64,000 nucleotides of DNA. Origin: a virus (Duplodnaviria; Caudoviricetes). Under the pieces are notes generated by a model that saw nothing but the letters and a program-made list of their open reading frames with translations, was not told the origin of the DNA and did no database searches. The DNA lies in IMG/VR virus record IMGVR_UViG_3300037400_003531, positions 5,532-69,531 of that record. One strand, 5' to 3'. Shown piece by piece: positions 49,601 through 59,915 of this stretch (positions are counted from its first letter, which is position 1; each line of letters opens with the position of its first letter). A program made the position numbers and the translations under genes.

Positions 49601-50910
49601 CCTTCTTCAATAATCTTGCTATACAGCTTCAGTTGAGCCTTGATGGATTTCAGCTCATCCATACCGCCCTTAAGGAACTGGGTAATACTACTATAATATC
49701 GCTTGTTTTCTATGCGTTCTGTAATAGCATTAAGCCGTAATCGTTCTTTCTTGTTTATCTTCTTGCTTCTGTTTCTACGCTGCACAAGTGTGAGCCTCTT
49801 TATCTCTGTCGTCACAGCCTCTTCAGCAAGGTCGGAAAGTGTCTTGATGTCTCGATTTAGTTTGTAAAAAGCCTCGCTTTCTAAAACATGGTTCTTGTCA
49901 AAATCCGCCAGTTGCCTTTCGTCGAATATATCATCCGCTATCCTGTTTACGATGGTCGGCACATCACTCAACAGGTTATTGACAGTCTGGTCGTTTATCC
50001 TTAGCACACTACGTTTAATCCAATCCCATATTCTGCAGAGCAAAGGCTTGGGTGACTCTTTCTGCTGCAATTCAATAGGATTCCCTTGTATGTATGATGC
50101 TAGTAGTTTACCGGCAGCCTCCTCTCGCAATTTAAGGAAGTTGTTGTCATACCTTGCCACATAATGGTCATACTGGTCCCCGAGTATCTGTTGCACCGCT
50201 GTTTCATCCAATACTGCGATTAGTCTTTGTACTAACGGATTTGCATGCATACCACTCAACCAAAGATGTGCAAATTCCTCTGGGAAGGATTCTTCCCCCA
50301 TTTCTCCTTTGGCTATGCTTATAACTGTCAGAAGCCCCTCGGCATTTGGCCTTGCATCTACGCCGCTAAACCTGCCGTCAAAGCTCTCACTCTCTATCAC
50401 ATTGACATCAAATCCCAATGTACGCAAAACGCCTCTCAGTTTTTGGTTTAATGCATTCTGGAACACCATTTCTTCTTTGGATCCAGCATTCTCTATCCCC
50501 ACATTGTTTACTTTGATGACAAATCCGTCACCGCCACGTTCAATTGTGGCTACTTTGTCGGGATTCTTTTCATTAAATGCCCTGATACGCTTACTTATTT
50601 CTTCTGCATCTGAATATGATTTTAGCTTACCATCTGACGTTATGGCTCCCAACTCATATTTTTCTTTGGTGTTGTTATTGTCGGCCACCTCTTCATCCAA
50701 GCGTAGCTTTTCTATTAACGAAGCCATTGTAACTTCGCCATTCTCGTCAAGCTCTACTCCGTCCATCTTACGAAAGGTAGGCGTTAGCGATATGTTATAA
50801 GCCTCAGACGCAAGCGACCTGTCCCCTTTTGTGTAGTCGATAAGACTTTTCCAAAGGGGACTTTCCTCACCATTACTCAATGTCGGTGTTATCTTACAAG
50901 ATTCTCCCAT
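46654..50910 (-). CDS. Large virion cargo protein with zincin-like (EEFAH) domain
   Basis: 1418 aa; FPEEFAHLWL at 50266-50280; C-terminal helical domain ending YESGRYEGHSK; directly follows the RNAP gene. Confidence 0.75.
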   Translation of the reverse strand: MGESCKITPTLSNGEESPLWKSLIDYTKGDRSLASEAYNISLTPTFRKMDGVELDENGEVTMASLIEKLRLDEEVADNNNTKEKYELGAITSDGKLKSYSDAEEISKRIRAFNEKNPDKVATIERGGDGFVIKVNNVGIENAGSKEEMVFQNALNQKLRGVLRTLGFDVNVIESESFDGRFSGVDARPNAEGLLTVISIAKGEMGEESFPEEFAHLWLSGMHANPLVQRLIAVLDETAVQQILGDQYDHYVARYDNNFLKLREEAAGKLLASYIQGNPIELQQKESPKPLLCRIWDWIKRSVLRINDQTVNNLLSDVPTIVNRIADDIFDERQLADFDKNHVLESEAFYKLNRDIKTLSDLAEEAVTTEIKRLTLVQRRNRSKKINKKERLRLNAITERIENKRYYSSITQFLKGGMDELKSIKAQLKLYSKIIEEGKLSVGSDQLRLRRMKDTASTLRNLYDFINVYGDFVSQLVNLDKTLGEEVIKSLTNEQITALKDAAKDFNQLITETNGIYESLRFNLVYSFLKEYWGDDKVATMGRNKGDAFVLEDLLQRADSDVSMFDRLVCAMEDAGDPLLSLYDRIVKTARMRTDKRLQEMLYRIGKIQEQAEKNKLDTKFMYVFDHDGNPTGDIIDEIDYNRYYEERRQFKRYLKGDVSEENPAVWRRVDGKEERKTSRALDAKGKPLSNSMIYRRLLAWEKERTKEVSYEVMGPDGRKVTHTEKVPKKNLYPSDALDKLTEAQREYYDAMMEIKKELTGLTPKGSMRVHQAVMMRKSGLQSIKPKALWQRIQDLFAKRETELDFGDNESVDTESGIKKDMDKQEKKRYVTVDAHGNIYDRVPLYYVKRLDNMQDLNTDFSASMLAFAASVINYDEMSNIVDLLELTKQQLMDREVAQRSGSYQLFRRYKAFKEEREEEHTMKAAQLRMGELLNQYTLSAVYGKRKNAGSSIKIGSKDIMLTKVGDAVKNYVSVLGMGLNVFSGINNIVMGAQQIFISSTGGRLFNINDLRIANGRYFAGLCGHFRQIGANVKDNKLDMLVKEYDCLDDFYDGITRTKTYNNAMYRIIGDGFESASFFMQEIGEHYLHVIPMFAMLHGIAAKDADGKITNLLDSYEVVQDEEKGIPVLRVKPGTMVMKTDEAGNPVDADGKRLTKEEVRKGDKVVWEEFDRKKFEKKKQQLKYANHRMHGAYGALDKGMINRSIWGRFVMQFRQWMPASIGRRYGKSHWSASADDWVEGYYRTVFRWIGDIRKQNFKVKTVWNELSEQEKANIKMAGVETFFKVVLMILLGRGLFGLGDDDDDKKWIDSLDSWWGRQLKYQLNRLYMETAAMTPGLDIIGEGLKILRSPAAAVNVTSNVITVINPASWFDYYESGRYEGHSKGYKALMSLIPWYSQIKKAYELTTEDYAFTIFEGGYK

Positions 50911-50921
50911 TCCTTATGTTT

Positions 50922-53900
50922 TTAGTTACATGATTTGTCTGGATTTTCTTCAATCTCTTTGTTTATCTGTCCTGCGATTTCTCCCAGTTTTTCAGATAGA
51001 CTTGTCTTACGGATATTCCGCTGTTCTATAGTTTCTTTTGGTGATCTCTTACGATACTGGTTTTGCTTTTCTCTCGTATCTTCATCAATCATACTGAGCA
51101 TGTCGGCTGCAGCTGTCCGCCTGTCGTACTCTTTCAAGTTGTACCTTACCCCAAGTTCGTTGGCTTTGGTGTATAGCACTTGGGAATTGCTACTCATTCT
51201 GTGTGACGGTATTTTAACCATCAGCTGGCGGTCCAAATACTTTTCTTTGTTTGTTACTGCAACAACCAACGCATCTGTGTCTTCAGCTGTAGGCACTTCA
51301 TTGTATTCCTCGATAAATTTCTCATTATAGGCATGATTGAGGATAAACTGCATGATGAAGTTGTCACAATCATTATAAGTCATTACATTACTTGATGAAT
51401 GATCCGAGGAATGTCTCTTCAATAATGCTTCTGGGCTTTGCAGGCTCTCGATATATCTTCCTCCCAATATCTGTTGTCTTAGCTCCGGGGGTGCCAAATG
51501 GGCAAAATTGCGAGGTAGATAACCAAAACCACCTCGTGAAACAGCATAGATAAAGAGATTCTGAGCAAATTCCCTTTCCGTTATATCTCCATTCATCATT
51601 TCTGTCCAGGCATTTGATATAGCCTGTTCTCCATCACGTCCGAATTGAGAAGTGACAGTTTCGATGACACGTATAGGCATCCTTCTGTTCTTTCTGTTCA
51701 CTCTCAATGCCTGGAGAAGCGGATTGTCTTTGTATTTGCTTTTCCGTTTCATACTCATTAATGTCGTCGGCAGATTCTTGAACAGACGTTTTTTGTTATT
51801 ATGTCTCTCCTTTACGTCTTCACCTGGCAGCCATCTGGGTATGTCTGTTACTGCATATAGCATAAAGTCTTTGGCCAACTCGTCTATTTCATCATTGTTC
51901 AGACGTATGCCATGATTTGTGAAATAAGAAAGGATATATTGGAACTGGTCAGTGTATTGGATGAAATACTTGCCAAACAACAGCTCCGATATACTCTTTG
52001 TCCTTTCTCCCATATTGATTGTTGTGTCGTAAAACGCTTTGAGGATGGGCGACACTTCTGTTATACGAACGACCCTTCCATTGTCATCGTATGTTCTAAA
52101 TCGTGTCTCTCCTTCGGCATTTGGACTATACAGCCGCTCAACTCTATTGTACATGGCAACATTATCTGATACTCTTGGACCCGGTGCATTGGTGACACTG
52201 TTGAATTTCGTTGCAAAAGTGAGGTCGCCTAAGTCTGTTCCTATCTCTTTCAAGCCACTGAACAGCATCAGCAGGTTCTCGTCAAGTTCTCGTTTTGCAT
52301 CACCGTCCATTTGTGCCAGTCCATGTTCGGCTTTTATATTCTGTTTAAGTACGTCAGGCTTGAAACAGAATGCATCATTAAGATGACGTGACAGGTTCGC
52401 TTTCTCTTTCCTCCAGTCTTTGTCAAAACGTGACTTATACACATCTGATATTACATCTTGAATATCCACATAATGGCCTGTATTGCTTCTACGCTCGTAA
52501 ATCTCGGTGACTTCTTTGATGATAGGCTGCGACATCAACAAACCCACCGTCCTTGGACTAAAACCAAGACGTATAAGCACCATGGCTGCATCTACTGTCG
52601 TGGTGTTGATGTTCATAAAACTCAGCACTGGGTCTTTGGCGGTATCGACAGAAGCCGCAAGATAACAAGCGATGTTCTTACTGATAAGGTTTTTGTCTAA
52701 GGCTCTCAGTTTGTCTATCGTGTTATTCATGTCAGGGCCTACAGTTATTTCTTTCCCGCCTTCCTCTATCTTGAATATGAAAGGCACATCCCTCATCCCA
52801 CTTACTTCGTATGCCTTCGATGTCATGCGGACTGTGGTCGGGTACATGGATATGAAGCCGTGGCTCGTATTATTGTTGGCGAAAACACCAATCAGCTGGC
52901 CACCGGTCATATTCTGTTTGTGGAAATAGACCTGTGTGCTGGCGAAGCAGATGTTTCGTCCGCTCTCCATAGAACTGCCCTCACATTCTACTACCTCTTT
53001 GGCTACTTCTCGCAAATTCTCAAAGTTGCCCGGGTTGAAAAGCTTTTCCACAGTGTCTGCGTTGGTAAGAACAGAATACTGCATCATCAGCACTTTATTG
53101 TCTCTGCCTTCACGTGTAGTCAGATTCTTACTAAAATGGAACCTACTTGCATAATCTGCTTTCCCACGATATTTTTCTTCATCTTCTTCTGCTTCAATAT
53201 AGTCTTCTGGCTTCGCTTTCTCAGGGTCATAATCATCATTTGGCTGCATTGACGGCACCATGATGTACATTTTGTCAATGTCGAAGTCAGATCCGCTCAA
53301 CGTGGTAATCTCGTAAGGCATCATCACCACTTCTCCCGCAGCTCTGGGCGTGAAACCAACTATCTTCATAGGCACCATGGAATACTTATCCTCAGTAGGA
53401 ATACGATAGCCAACAGCCTTTTCAAGCCATGCATTGTCTTTGGCACTAATAAGATGCAAGTTCAAGGCTTCTTCCAGTGTGTAGAATTCACCTGTTCTAT
53501 TCCCATACTCGTCTCTTTTTTCCAAGATGTCTGCAAGTTCTTCCGAAGGTATGGGTATCATGCATTGGAAACATTTTGGCGTAATTCCGTCTGCCTGATA
53601 CTCAATCTCCAGCCGTCTGCTCAATCCATAAGCAGATGTTTGAACAACAGGGCCACCAGTAACTTGTTGTTTATTGATACGGCTCTTGATAATGCTGTTA
53701 AGCAACGCCTCTATCTTCTGTGCTTGTGTCGGGTCTGTAAGGGGTATATTGAAATCACCGTTACTGTTCAGTGAAACAGAATAGGTGAGGTCGATGTTGT
53801 ATTTGCTGTCTCTACGTATGGATTCTTTCAGCAATTCGGATATGACTTGGTTACGTTGTATCTTGTCAGCCGATTCCAGACCCAAGTCATGGACCAACTG

Positions 53901-56900
53901 CTGATAGTCTTCCATGATATTCTTGGCTATCAGCTCTTGGTATTCGTTCTGCAATGCCCGACCGCTGATTGTATTGCCAAACATCGGTATGTCAAACATC
54001 GCCTCGTTATGCAGGTCTGTGATAGACAAGATACGCATTTGGCTTCCCATCTGCTGCTCATGGTCCTGGAAATGGTCAGGCACCGGCTGCTGGATGCCGT
54101 ATTCGCTGTAGCTAACCTCATCAACATAATCACTGTTGTACCTGTCGCCCATCACATCGTCCATGTGGCTTTCGTCAGCATATGCTGCATCGGAAAGGAT
54201 GCCCATTAGCTCGCTGTATGTTCTGTGTTTCCCATCTACCGGATTGATGTCTATTTCTCCACTCAGACCGCTTTTAATAGCACTCTCAAATTGGATGGTA
54301 TCTATACCTTTGCCATTGTATGTTCCTTTGCATATAACGAAGCCATATTTCTCTGTTTTGGGTGCTTTTTTGCCTACTCTATGGAAGCCTTTTTTATCAA
54401 CAACATATTCAAAGCCGTCATCACCTTTTACCTTAACACCGTCTGCGACTATGTTGTTGTTCATCCAAATGTGTCCGTCACGGTAGATCGCACGTCCGTC
54501 ATAAGCAGTGCCCTCCATGAAGTCGAACATCGCTATAAGTTCATCACCAAACTGTATTCTGCTGTCACCTGCAGTTTCATTTACACCACGCAGGATAGCA
54601 TCAGCAAGGAATATCATATATTCACTGTTCTTCTCCTGAATCGGGACTTTTCTGTATGGGAATACGGCTGCTCCACCGTCACTGACTTCCGGAGCATAGT
54701 TGAGCTTGTCCATCTGTGCATAAACAAAGCCTTTCAACGGCTGACATAGAAAGTCAAGGTCATTCACGTTGAAATTGCCGCTTATGATACGCTGGTATGC
54801 CTCTTCTTGCTTGCCACTCATATCCCACTGGCCCTGCATGGCAGCACGTTTCCTAAACGATGTAGGAGAGCAATAGCCTTGTGCGTTTGCCACATCGTTT
54901 TTGTCGAACATAGGTACGACTGTCTTTTTCAGATTTTCGTAATGGGTAATAACAGCCTCGCGATCTACACCGTCTTTCATTTCTCTCTTGGCTTTCTCTA
55001 TAAGATAGTCAAAAGCATCTGAGACGGCTTTCTGTGTTTTCTCAATAGGCACCAAGAAGTCTTTCAGCTTCATGCTTCTCTCTATGCCATCAGAAAATCT
55101 ATGCTTGCCCGTCGAATCCTCGTATGTGGCGGTCTCATTCAATCGCATGGCGGGCGAATGCAGCTGGGCATAACGCTTCTGGAAGTCTTCTGCGTTCTTG
55201 TAATATGCTATATCTGTTACGGTGAGCTGGATGATATTGACAGAAGCAAAGAAGTCGTTCCAAACAAACTCACTGATTTTATTTTTCATTTGTTCTTCCA
55301 ACCAGGCTCTATCATGCTTCTCCAAATCGTCTTTCATAAAGAATTTGTCTATCCAATCATAGACATCTACATCTTTTCTTTTGTCTTTATCATATCTCTT
55401 ATGGGTATCAAAGAGGCCCATCTTCTTCCAGTATTCAAATTCCTCGTCACATTTGGCCTCCATAAAATTCGAGATATGCCTTTGAGCCGCTTCATCGAAG
55501 GCCATATAGTCAAAATCTCGTCCATTGAGATATTCAACAATATATGAAAGTATTTCGTCTTCTTTGTTCAAGAATGACAAAAACTTAAGATTTACTCCGT
55601 TTGCATCGGAAGACTCTGATATAATTCTCTTCAAGTCTTTCAATGTCAAGTTGCCGGTCTTATATCTGCCAAGTTCCTCTGCAAATTTCTCCACGTCCTT
55701 GGCACTCATGTCAAAATTCTTTGTTGGCAGGCTCCCATCAACACAGGCTTTGTTCAAGATGTCTTTCATCCTGTCCATTTCCTGCAATAGAGTATCCACC
55801 AACTCATGAGGTATCATGCTTTGGCACTCTTCCAAAGTGTAACGTTTCCATCGTACAAACTCACTGCTTGGCTTGTTGGAGAATATTGGCATTCTATACC
55901 ACGCATATCTTTTTTTGTCATTAACTTCATGTGGCTCATGTTCCCAATAGTCAAACTCTGTAAGCAATGAAAGTGCATATCCAAGTTCAGATAGTTTTGT
56001 GTATTCAACATCATTGAATGATAGCTGGACTTTATAATCCAGTTCGGCACGCATCCGTTTTCCGTCTTCGCCATTCAATTCCCTCAACCATGCATTTCTC
56101 CAAATTCCGTTCTTCTTAAACCATTTGTATCTTCCGAAGTTTTTCTCAATGTAGGCATCGTATTCCTCGTCACTCATGAAGTTCTCATGGTTCCCCAGTT
56201 CGTCAAACAAACGCATACTATACGATGGTGTGGCAAAGGTATAATAAGTCTTTCCGTCACTATATGCAGATGACTCTACCTGAGCCTCAATATACCCTTT
56301 GTATTTTTTTTCTAAGAGGTCTTTGAAAAAATGATATCCAGTCTTTTTTGAACGGTCACCATCCATTAACAATTTTGTCGGATTATCTCTCATGACATTC
56401 ATTATTTCCAACACTTCTCCCATAAACCATTCACGTTCATTTCTTGTCTCTTTACTCTCAAAATGGTCTTCAAGATAGTCACCGACGACATCGGGGTTAA
56501 GCATTCCAAGGCCAATATCGTAATACTGTTCAGCCATCTGCTCGGCTAATTCCTTTATGAATGTTTCTCTCTGTTCGCCTTGCATGCTTTTATCTCGGTT
56601 CAGCCACTTCTTACGCACTTCTTCTATTTTCTCTTTGGCTACTTTTATCTTCTCTTTGTCAAACAAAGGCATGTTGTCAGATGTAACCATTCTACCACTA
56701 TCATCTTTCATTGTAAGTGACGAGCCTCCGCTTCTCAGCAGATCGCTTGCTTCATCGATAGCCGTTGTAACGCTACCCCTTTCGTTAAGCACATGTGTCC
56801 TAAACTCGTATGTTTTTAACTTACTATTCCATGTAGCCTCAACGTATGTGTATGTCAATGTGTCTTTTCTGAAGTTCTGGAAGAACTCGCTTCGTATAGG

Positions 56901-59897
56901 CTCTTCTTTTATCGCATCAAGGACTTCATACAGCCACGGATTGTGGTTTGCATGACGGTTTAACTCCCTCTCCATTGCTTCTATAGTGTAGCACCCTCGC
57001 AGCCAGTTAAGGCATTTCTCAACAGCTTTCCCTGCATCTACATATACTGGCATGTCATATCCATACCTGTCTTTCTGCATCGGGTCAATCATACGTCCGA
57101 ACAAACGGCGTATCTGCTTCGACAATGTCTCTCTCGCACTCAGCTGGCGCTGTCCGACCATCCAGTATTCTCTCTCCTGTTCCTCTCTCGCCACAATGTC
57201 GTTCTGCATGGAACGCTCATCATCGCCTTCTTGCTTGACCATCTTCGGCTTTGCGATTCTCAGCTGCCTGTTCTCTAACTCAATAAGCTTCGCACTGCCA
57301 TACTCCATGAAGGCATCGAAATGCGTGTAGATGAAATCAAGTTTCATCTTGTCTCCGTCTTTCGCATTATCAGCGTTAAAGTACATTTCTTTGACGTACT
57401 TGAAGACATTGTTGATGTCTATAAGGTCAAGGAATTCCTCTCTGGACAGTCGTGCCAAGTCTTGCTCTGCAGTGTCACCATGGATTTCCATGAAATGTTT
57501 AAGGTTGTCCTCTCCAGTAGTCCCCTGCAATATGGCATTCCTGTACACTGACTTCTTCCTCATATTGTCTATGAGGGCAGAAACCATGGCGACAATGTTG
57601 TTTCCAATATAGGAGCATTCGGTCTGCGATATGCCCACATCGTTATGCCTTACCTCGTAAAGCAGCTGGTCTATATAGGGCTGTGAGTATTCCCTTACAA
57701 AGGCCTGACGGTAGTCTTCCAACGGTATTTCCTGTGTCTCTAAGCTGGCCACATAATCGTCATCTTCCCAGTGCATGGAACCAGTCTCATAAACGACAGG
57801 GCCTTTCTGTTCGCTGAACGGCACCCACTGCAGCTGCAACATGATAGGCTCGCCCTTGTACAGCAATACGCCATCCTCATCTTCTTCATAGTTATGCTTG
57901 ATCTCCTGCATGCTCCCAAAATCACTGGCGACGAAATCCAGCGGATATTTGTACGGGTCTTCTTCGTTCTCGAAAGCAGGGCAGACGACATTGAAGCCAA
58001 GGACATTGGTGCCGGTGATACGGCTGTTCCCTTCCTCGTCAATGAATATGCCGGGGCTGCTGGTCTCTAACATGGACTTGTATGCAGATGTCTGCACTCC
58101 ATATCCGACTAGCTTGTCAATATCGCTTTCCCCCTGCCGCTGGTAAGGGTCTGTCCTAAATGTCTTAAAATCTATCACCCTATACTTTACGCTCTTGCTG
58201 TCCGAGTCGTAGTAGGCAAGGAGCATGTCAAGAGTTCCCACCATGGTCTCGCTTTTCCCGTCATGATTGTACCTCACCGCCATGGGAAACTCGTTGGTGA
58301 ACACTTTCCAGTTGTTCTTGCCGTATGCTTGGTCGAACGCATCCGTCACTTTCAGCAGGCTGTTCAGCAGGTCCGCTCTGCCTTCCTTTGTCATGTTCTT
58401 CGTCAAGAAGCCGCTCCTCCCCGTGCTTTCAAGCAGCTGCTCCAGCTCGTCAAGCTGTCCCATGCCAAGTAATTCCGACATCTTGTCCATGGTCGCCTTG
58501 TCTAGCATGAAGAAGTCACGGCAGAAGCCGTCCAAGATATTACCTATTGCGACTGCCGGACGCGTATAGGGTGCCATACTGGCTTTGTCGGCTTCCGTCA
58601 TTTCTGACAGCCTACCATACGACAACGTGGCCTTGCTCTTAGTGACGCTCGTGTCGGCTGGTCTCCAATAACGCCCTTTGTCATACCAGCCACCAGGCAC
58701 CAGCTTGTCTGTGGCTATGCCATACAAATGATTGTTCGCAAAGTCGGGATGCCGGCATATGTCGTTATTGTTCCTTTCCATCATGGACTCTACATCCATG
58801 ATCGCCCTCTGCAGCTTGCTCGGGTATCTCAGCAGGTCTTTCCTTATCGGCTGCCGTTTCTCCATGACCTGCCCCTTGCCATAGTACACCCGCTTCGGAT
58901 TGAACCCCCTTCCGAAGTCCCGGAGGACCAACATCTCAAAGTCCTCCAGCGTCATGCTGTCTATCTCGTCTCTGCTCCAAACACCCATAGTGTCTGCCAA
59001 ATATCTGAAAAATTCTGTAAGCCACTCCCTCAAACGACCGATTATTCCAGCCGCTCCTCTCTTCTTCTCCATCCTCGACAGTAACGCCTCCCCCTTGGCT
59101 CCCGTCAGCCGAGCATGCACCTCCGAGGCAATAAGAAACTCTCTACGCTCTGCCGGCATGTCTTTCCACTTCTGCCCATAGTCAGCCGAACTCTCTACCT
59201 CTCCCCAGACCGATGTCTGCTTCATCAACTCAACTCCCCTCCCCCACAGCTCCGGGTTCGCATGCGCTACCGCCTCGTCCCACAAATGCGTGTACTCGTG
59301 CAACGGCGTGTCCGCATCTAATCCTTCCTCTCGTAAATAGATGTCTCCATCGCTCACATATCCTACCACTTCCCCATCTACTCTCTCTATAACGTCTCTA
59401 CCCTCTCTTTTATTGCCCTCTTCTTCTCCTTCTATACGTTTAACTCCTATCCCAATCGTCTCTAACTGCTTTACAACAGCATTCACTACTCCCTCTCCAG
59501 CTTCCTCTTCCTTCTTACCCTCCACAGGCTTCGCTAACCGCACACTCATGTACCCTCTCGCATTCCTCACTACCCTCACATTCTCCTCACCAAACATCTC
59601 TTTCAACAGCTCTACCTCTCTCGTCATTTCTGCCCCATCTACATACTCCTTCCTATCTACTCTCTCATATACACTATCCATCATCGCGAACAAATCCTTG
59701 CTCACGCCTACTTCTCTCCCTACCATGAAATACCCTCTTAACCACTCCCCTAACTCTTTATCACTCTCTTCTGTCCACTCCTTCCCACTCTCTTCCTGCC
59801 ATCGCATTATCCCAGTCTCTAAGCTCAACACGTCTACATCAAACTCTCTCTGAAACTCCCGAAACTGCTCATTGCCCGTATTTATACAACTTGCCAT
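50922..59897 (-). CDS. Virion single-chain double-psi-barrel RNA polymerase polyprotein (zincin + PD-(D/E)XK + RNAP)
   Basis: Catalytic GSDFDIDK (53274-53288), VGYRIPTEDKYSM; N-terminal TPLHEYTHLW (59286-59300); VGTLDMLL..VIDFKT. Start placed at ATG 59897, downstream of the promoter. Confidence 0.92.
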   Translation of the reverse strand: MASCINTGNEQFREFQREFDVDVLSLETGIMRWQEESGKEWTEESDKELGEWLRGYFMVGREVGVSKDLFAMMDSVYERVDRKEYVDGAEMTREVELLKEMFGEENVRVVRNARGYMSVRLAKPVEGKKEEEAGEGVVNAVVKQLETIGIGVKRIEGEEEGNKREGRDVIERVDGEVVGYVSDGDIYLREEGLDADTPLHEYTHLWDEAVAHANPELWGRGVELMKQTSVWGEVESSADYGQKWKDMPAERREFLIASEVHARLTGAKGEALLSRMEKKRGAAGIIGRLREWLTEFFRYLADTMGVWSRDEIDSMTLEDFEMLVLRDFGRGFNPKRVYYGKGQVMEKRQPIRKDLLRYPSKLQRAIMDVESMMERNNNDICRHPDFANNHLYGIATDKLVPGGWYDKGRYWRPADTSVTKSKATLSYGRLSEMTEADKASMAPYTRPAVAIGNILDGFCRDFFMLDKATMDKMSELLGMGQLDELEQLLESTGRSGFLTKNMTKEGRADLLNSLLKVTDAFDQAYGKNNWKVFTNEFPMAVRYNHDGKSETMVGTLDMLLAYYDSDSKSVKYRVIDFKTFRTDPYQRQGESDIDKLVGYGVQTSAYKSMLETSSPGIFIDEEGNSRITGTNVLGFNVVCPAFENEEDPYKYPLDFVASDFGSMQEIKHNYEEDEDGVLLYKGEPIMLQLQWVPFSEQKGPVVYETGSMHWEDDDYVASLETQEIPLEDYRQAFVREYSQPYIDQLLYEVRHNDVGISQTECSYIGNNIVAMVSALIDNMRKKSVYRNAILQGTTGEDNLKHFMEIHGDTAEQDLARLSREEFLDLIDINNVFKYVKEMYFNADNAKDGDKMKLDFIYTHFDAFMEYGSAKLIELENRQLRIAKPKMVKQEGDDERSMQNDIVAREEQEREYWMVGQRQLSARETLSKQIRRLFGRMIDPMQKDRYGYDMPVYVDAGKAVEKCLNWLRGCYTIEAMERELNRHANHNPWLYEVLDAIKEEPIRSEFFQNFRKDTLTYTYVEATWNSKLKTYEFRTHVLNERGSVTTAIDEASDLLRSGGSSLTMKDDSGRMVTSDNMPLFDKEKIKVAKEKIEEVRKKWLNRDKSMQGEQRETFIKELAEQMAEQYYDIGLGMLNPDVVGDYLEDHFESKETRNEREWFMGEVLEIMNVMRDNPTKLLMDGDRSKKTGYHFFKDLLEKKYKGYIEAQVESSAYSDGKTYYTFATPSYSMRLFDELGNHENFMSDEEYDAYIEKNFGRYKWFKKNGIWRNAWLRELNGEDGKRMRAELDYKVQLSFNDVEYTKLSELGYALSLLTEFDYWEHEPHEVNDKKRYAWYRMPIFSNKPSSEFVRWKRYTLEECQSMIPHELVDTLLQEMDRMKDILNKACVDGSLPTKNFDMSAKDVEKFAEELGRYKTGNLTLKDLKRIISESSDANGVNLKFLSFLNKEDEILSYIVEYLNGRDFDYMAFDEAAQRHISNFMEAKCDEEFEYWKKMGLFDTHKRYDKDKRKDVDVYDWIDKFFMKDDLEKHDRAWLEEQMKNKISEFVWNDFFASVNIIQLTVTDIAYYKNAEDFQKRYAQLHSPAMRLNETATYEDSTGKHRFSDGIERSMKLKDFLVPIEKTQKAVSDAFDYLIEKAKREMKDGVDREAVITHYENLKKTVVPMFDKNDVANAQGYCSPTSFRKRAAMQGQWDMSGKQEEAYQRIISGNFNVNDLDFLCQPLKGFVYAQMDKLNYAPEVSDGGAAVFPYRKVPIQEKNSEYMIFLADAILRGVNETAGDSRIQFGDELIAMFDFMEGTAYDGRAIYRDGHIWMNNNIVADGVKVKGDDGFEYVVDKKGFHRVGKKAPKTEKYGFVICKGTYNGKGIDTIQFESAIKSGLSGEIDINPVDGKHRTYSELMGILSDAAYADESHMDDVMGDRYNSDYVDEVSYSEYGIQQPVPDHFQDHEQQMGSQMRILSITDLHNEAMFDIPMFGNTISGRALQNEYQELIAKNIMEDYQQLVHDLGLESADKIQRNQVISELLKESIRRDSKYNIDLTYSVSLNSNGDFNIPLTDPTQAQKIEALLNSIIKSRINKQQVTGGPVVQTSAYGLSRRLEIEYQADGITPKCFQCMIPIPSEELADILEKRDEYGNRTGEFYTLEEALNLHLISAKDNAWLEKAVGYRIPTEDKYSMVPMKIVGFTPRAAGEVVMMPYEITTLSGSDFDIDKMYIMVPSMQPNDDYDPEKAKPEDYIEAEEDEEKYRGKADYASRFHFSKNLTTREGRDNKVLMMQYSVLTNADTVEKLFNPGNFENLREVAKEVVECEGSSMESGRNICFASTQVYFHKQNMTGGQLIGVFANNNTSHGFISMYPTTVRMTSKAYEVSGMRDVPFIFKIEEGGKEITVGPDMNNTIDKLRALDKNLISKNIACYLAASVDTAKDPVLSFMNINTTTVDAAMVLIRLGFSPRTVGLLMSQPIIKEVTEIYERRSNTGHYVDIQDVISDVYKSRFDKDWRKEKANLSRHLNDAFCFKPDVLKQNIKAEHGLAQMDGDAKRELDENLLMLFSGLKEIGTDLGDLTFATKFNSVTNAPGPRVSDNVAMYNRVERLYSPNAEGETRFRTYDDNGRVVRITEVSPILKAFYDTTINMGERTKSISELLFGKYFIQYTDQFQYILSYFTNHGIRLNNDEIDELAKDFMLYAVTDIPRWLPGEDVKERHNNKKRLFKNLPTTLMSMKRKSKYKDNPLLQALRVNRKNRRMPIRVIETVTSQFGRDGEQAISNAWTEMMNGDITEREFAQNLFIYAVSRGGFGYLPRNFAHLAPPELRQQILGGRYIESLQSPEALLKRHSSDHSSSNVMTYNDCDNFIMQFILNHAYNEKFIEEYNEVPTAEDTDALVVAVTNKEKYLDRQLMVKIPSHRMSSNSQVLYTKANELGVRYNLKEYDRRTAAADMLSMIDEDTREKQNQYRKRSPKETIEQRNIRKTSLSEKLGEIAGQINKEIEENPDKSCN

Positions 59898-59915
59898 ATT
59901 CTTTTTCCTTTTTTC

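Noticed and set aside
59341-59853. 170-aa Ser/Thr/Pro/Leu-rich + strand ORF
   Set aside because: An artefact of G depletion opposite the RNAP N-terminus.
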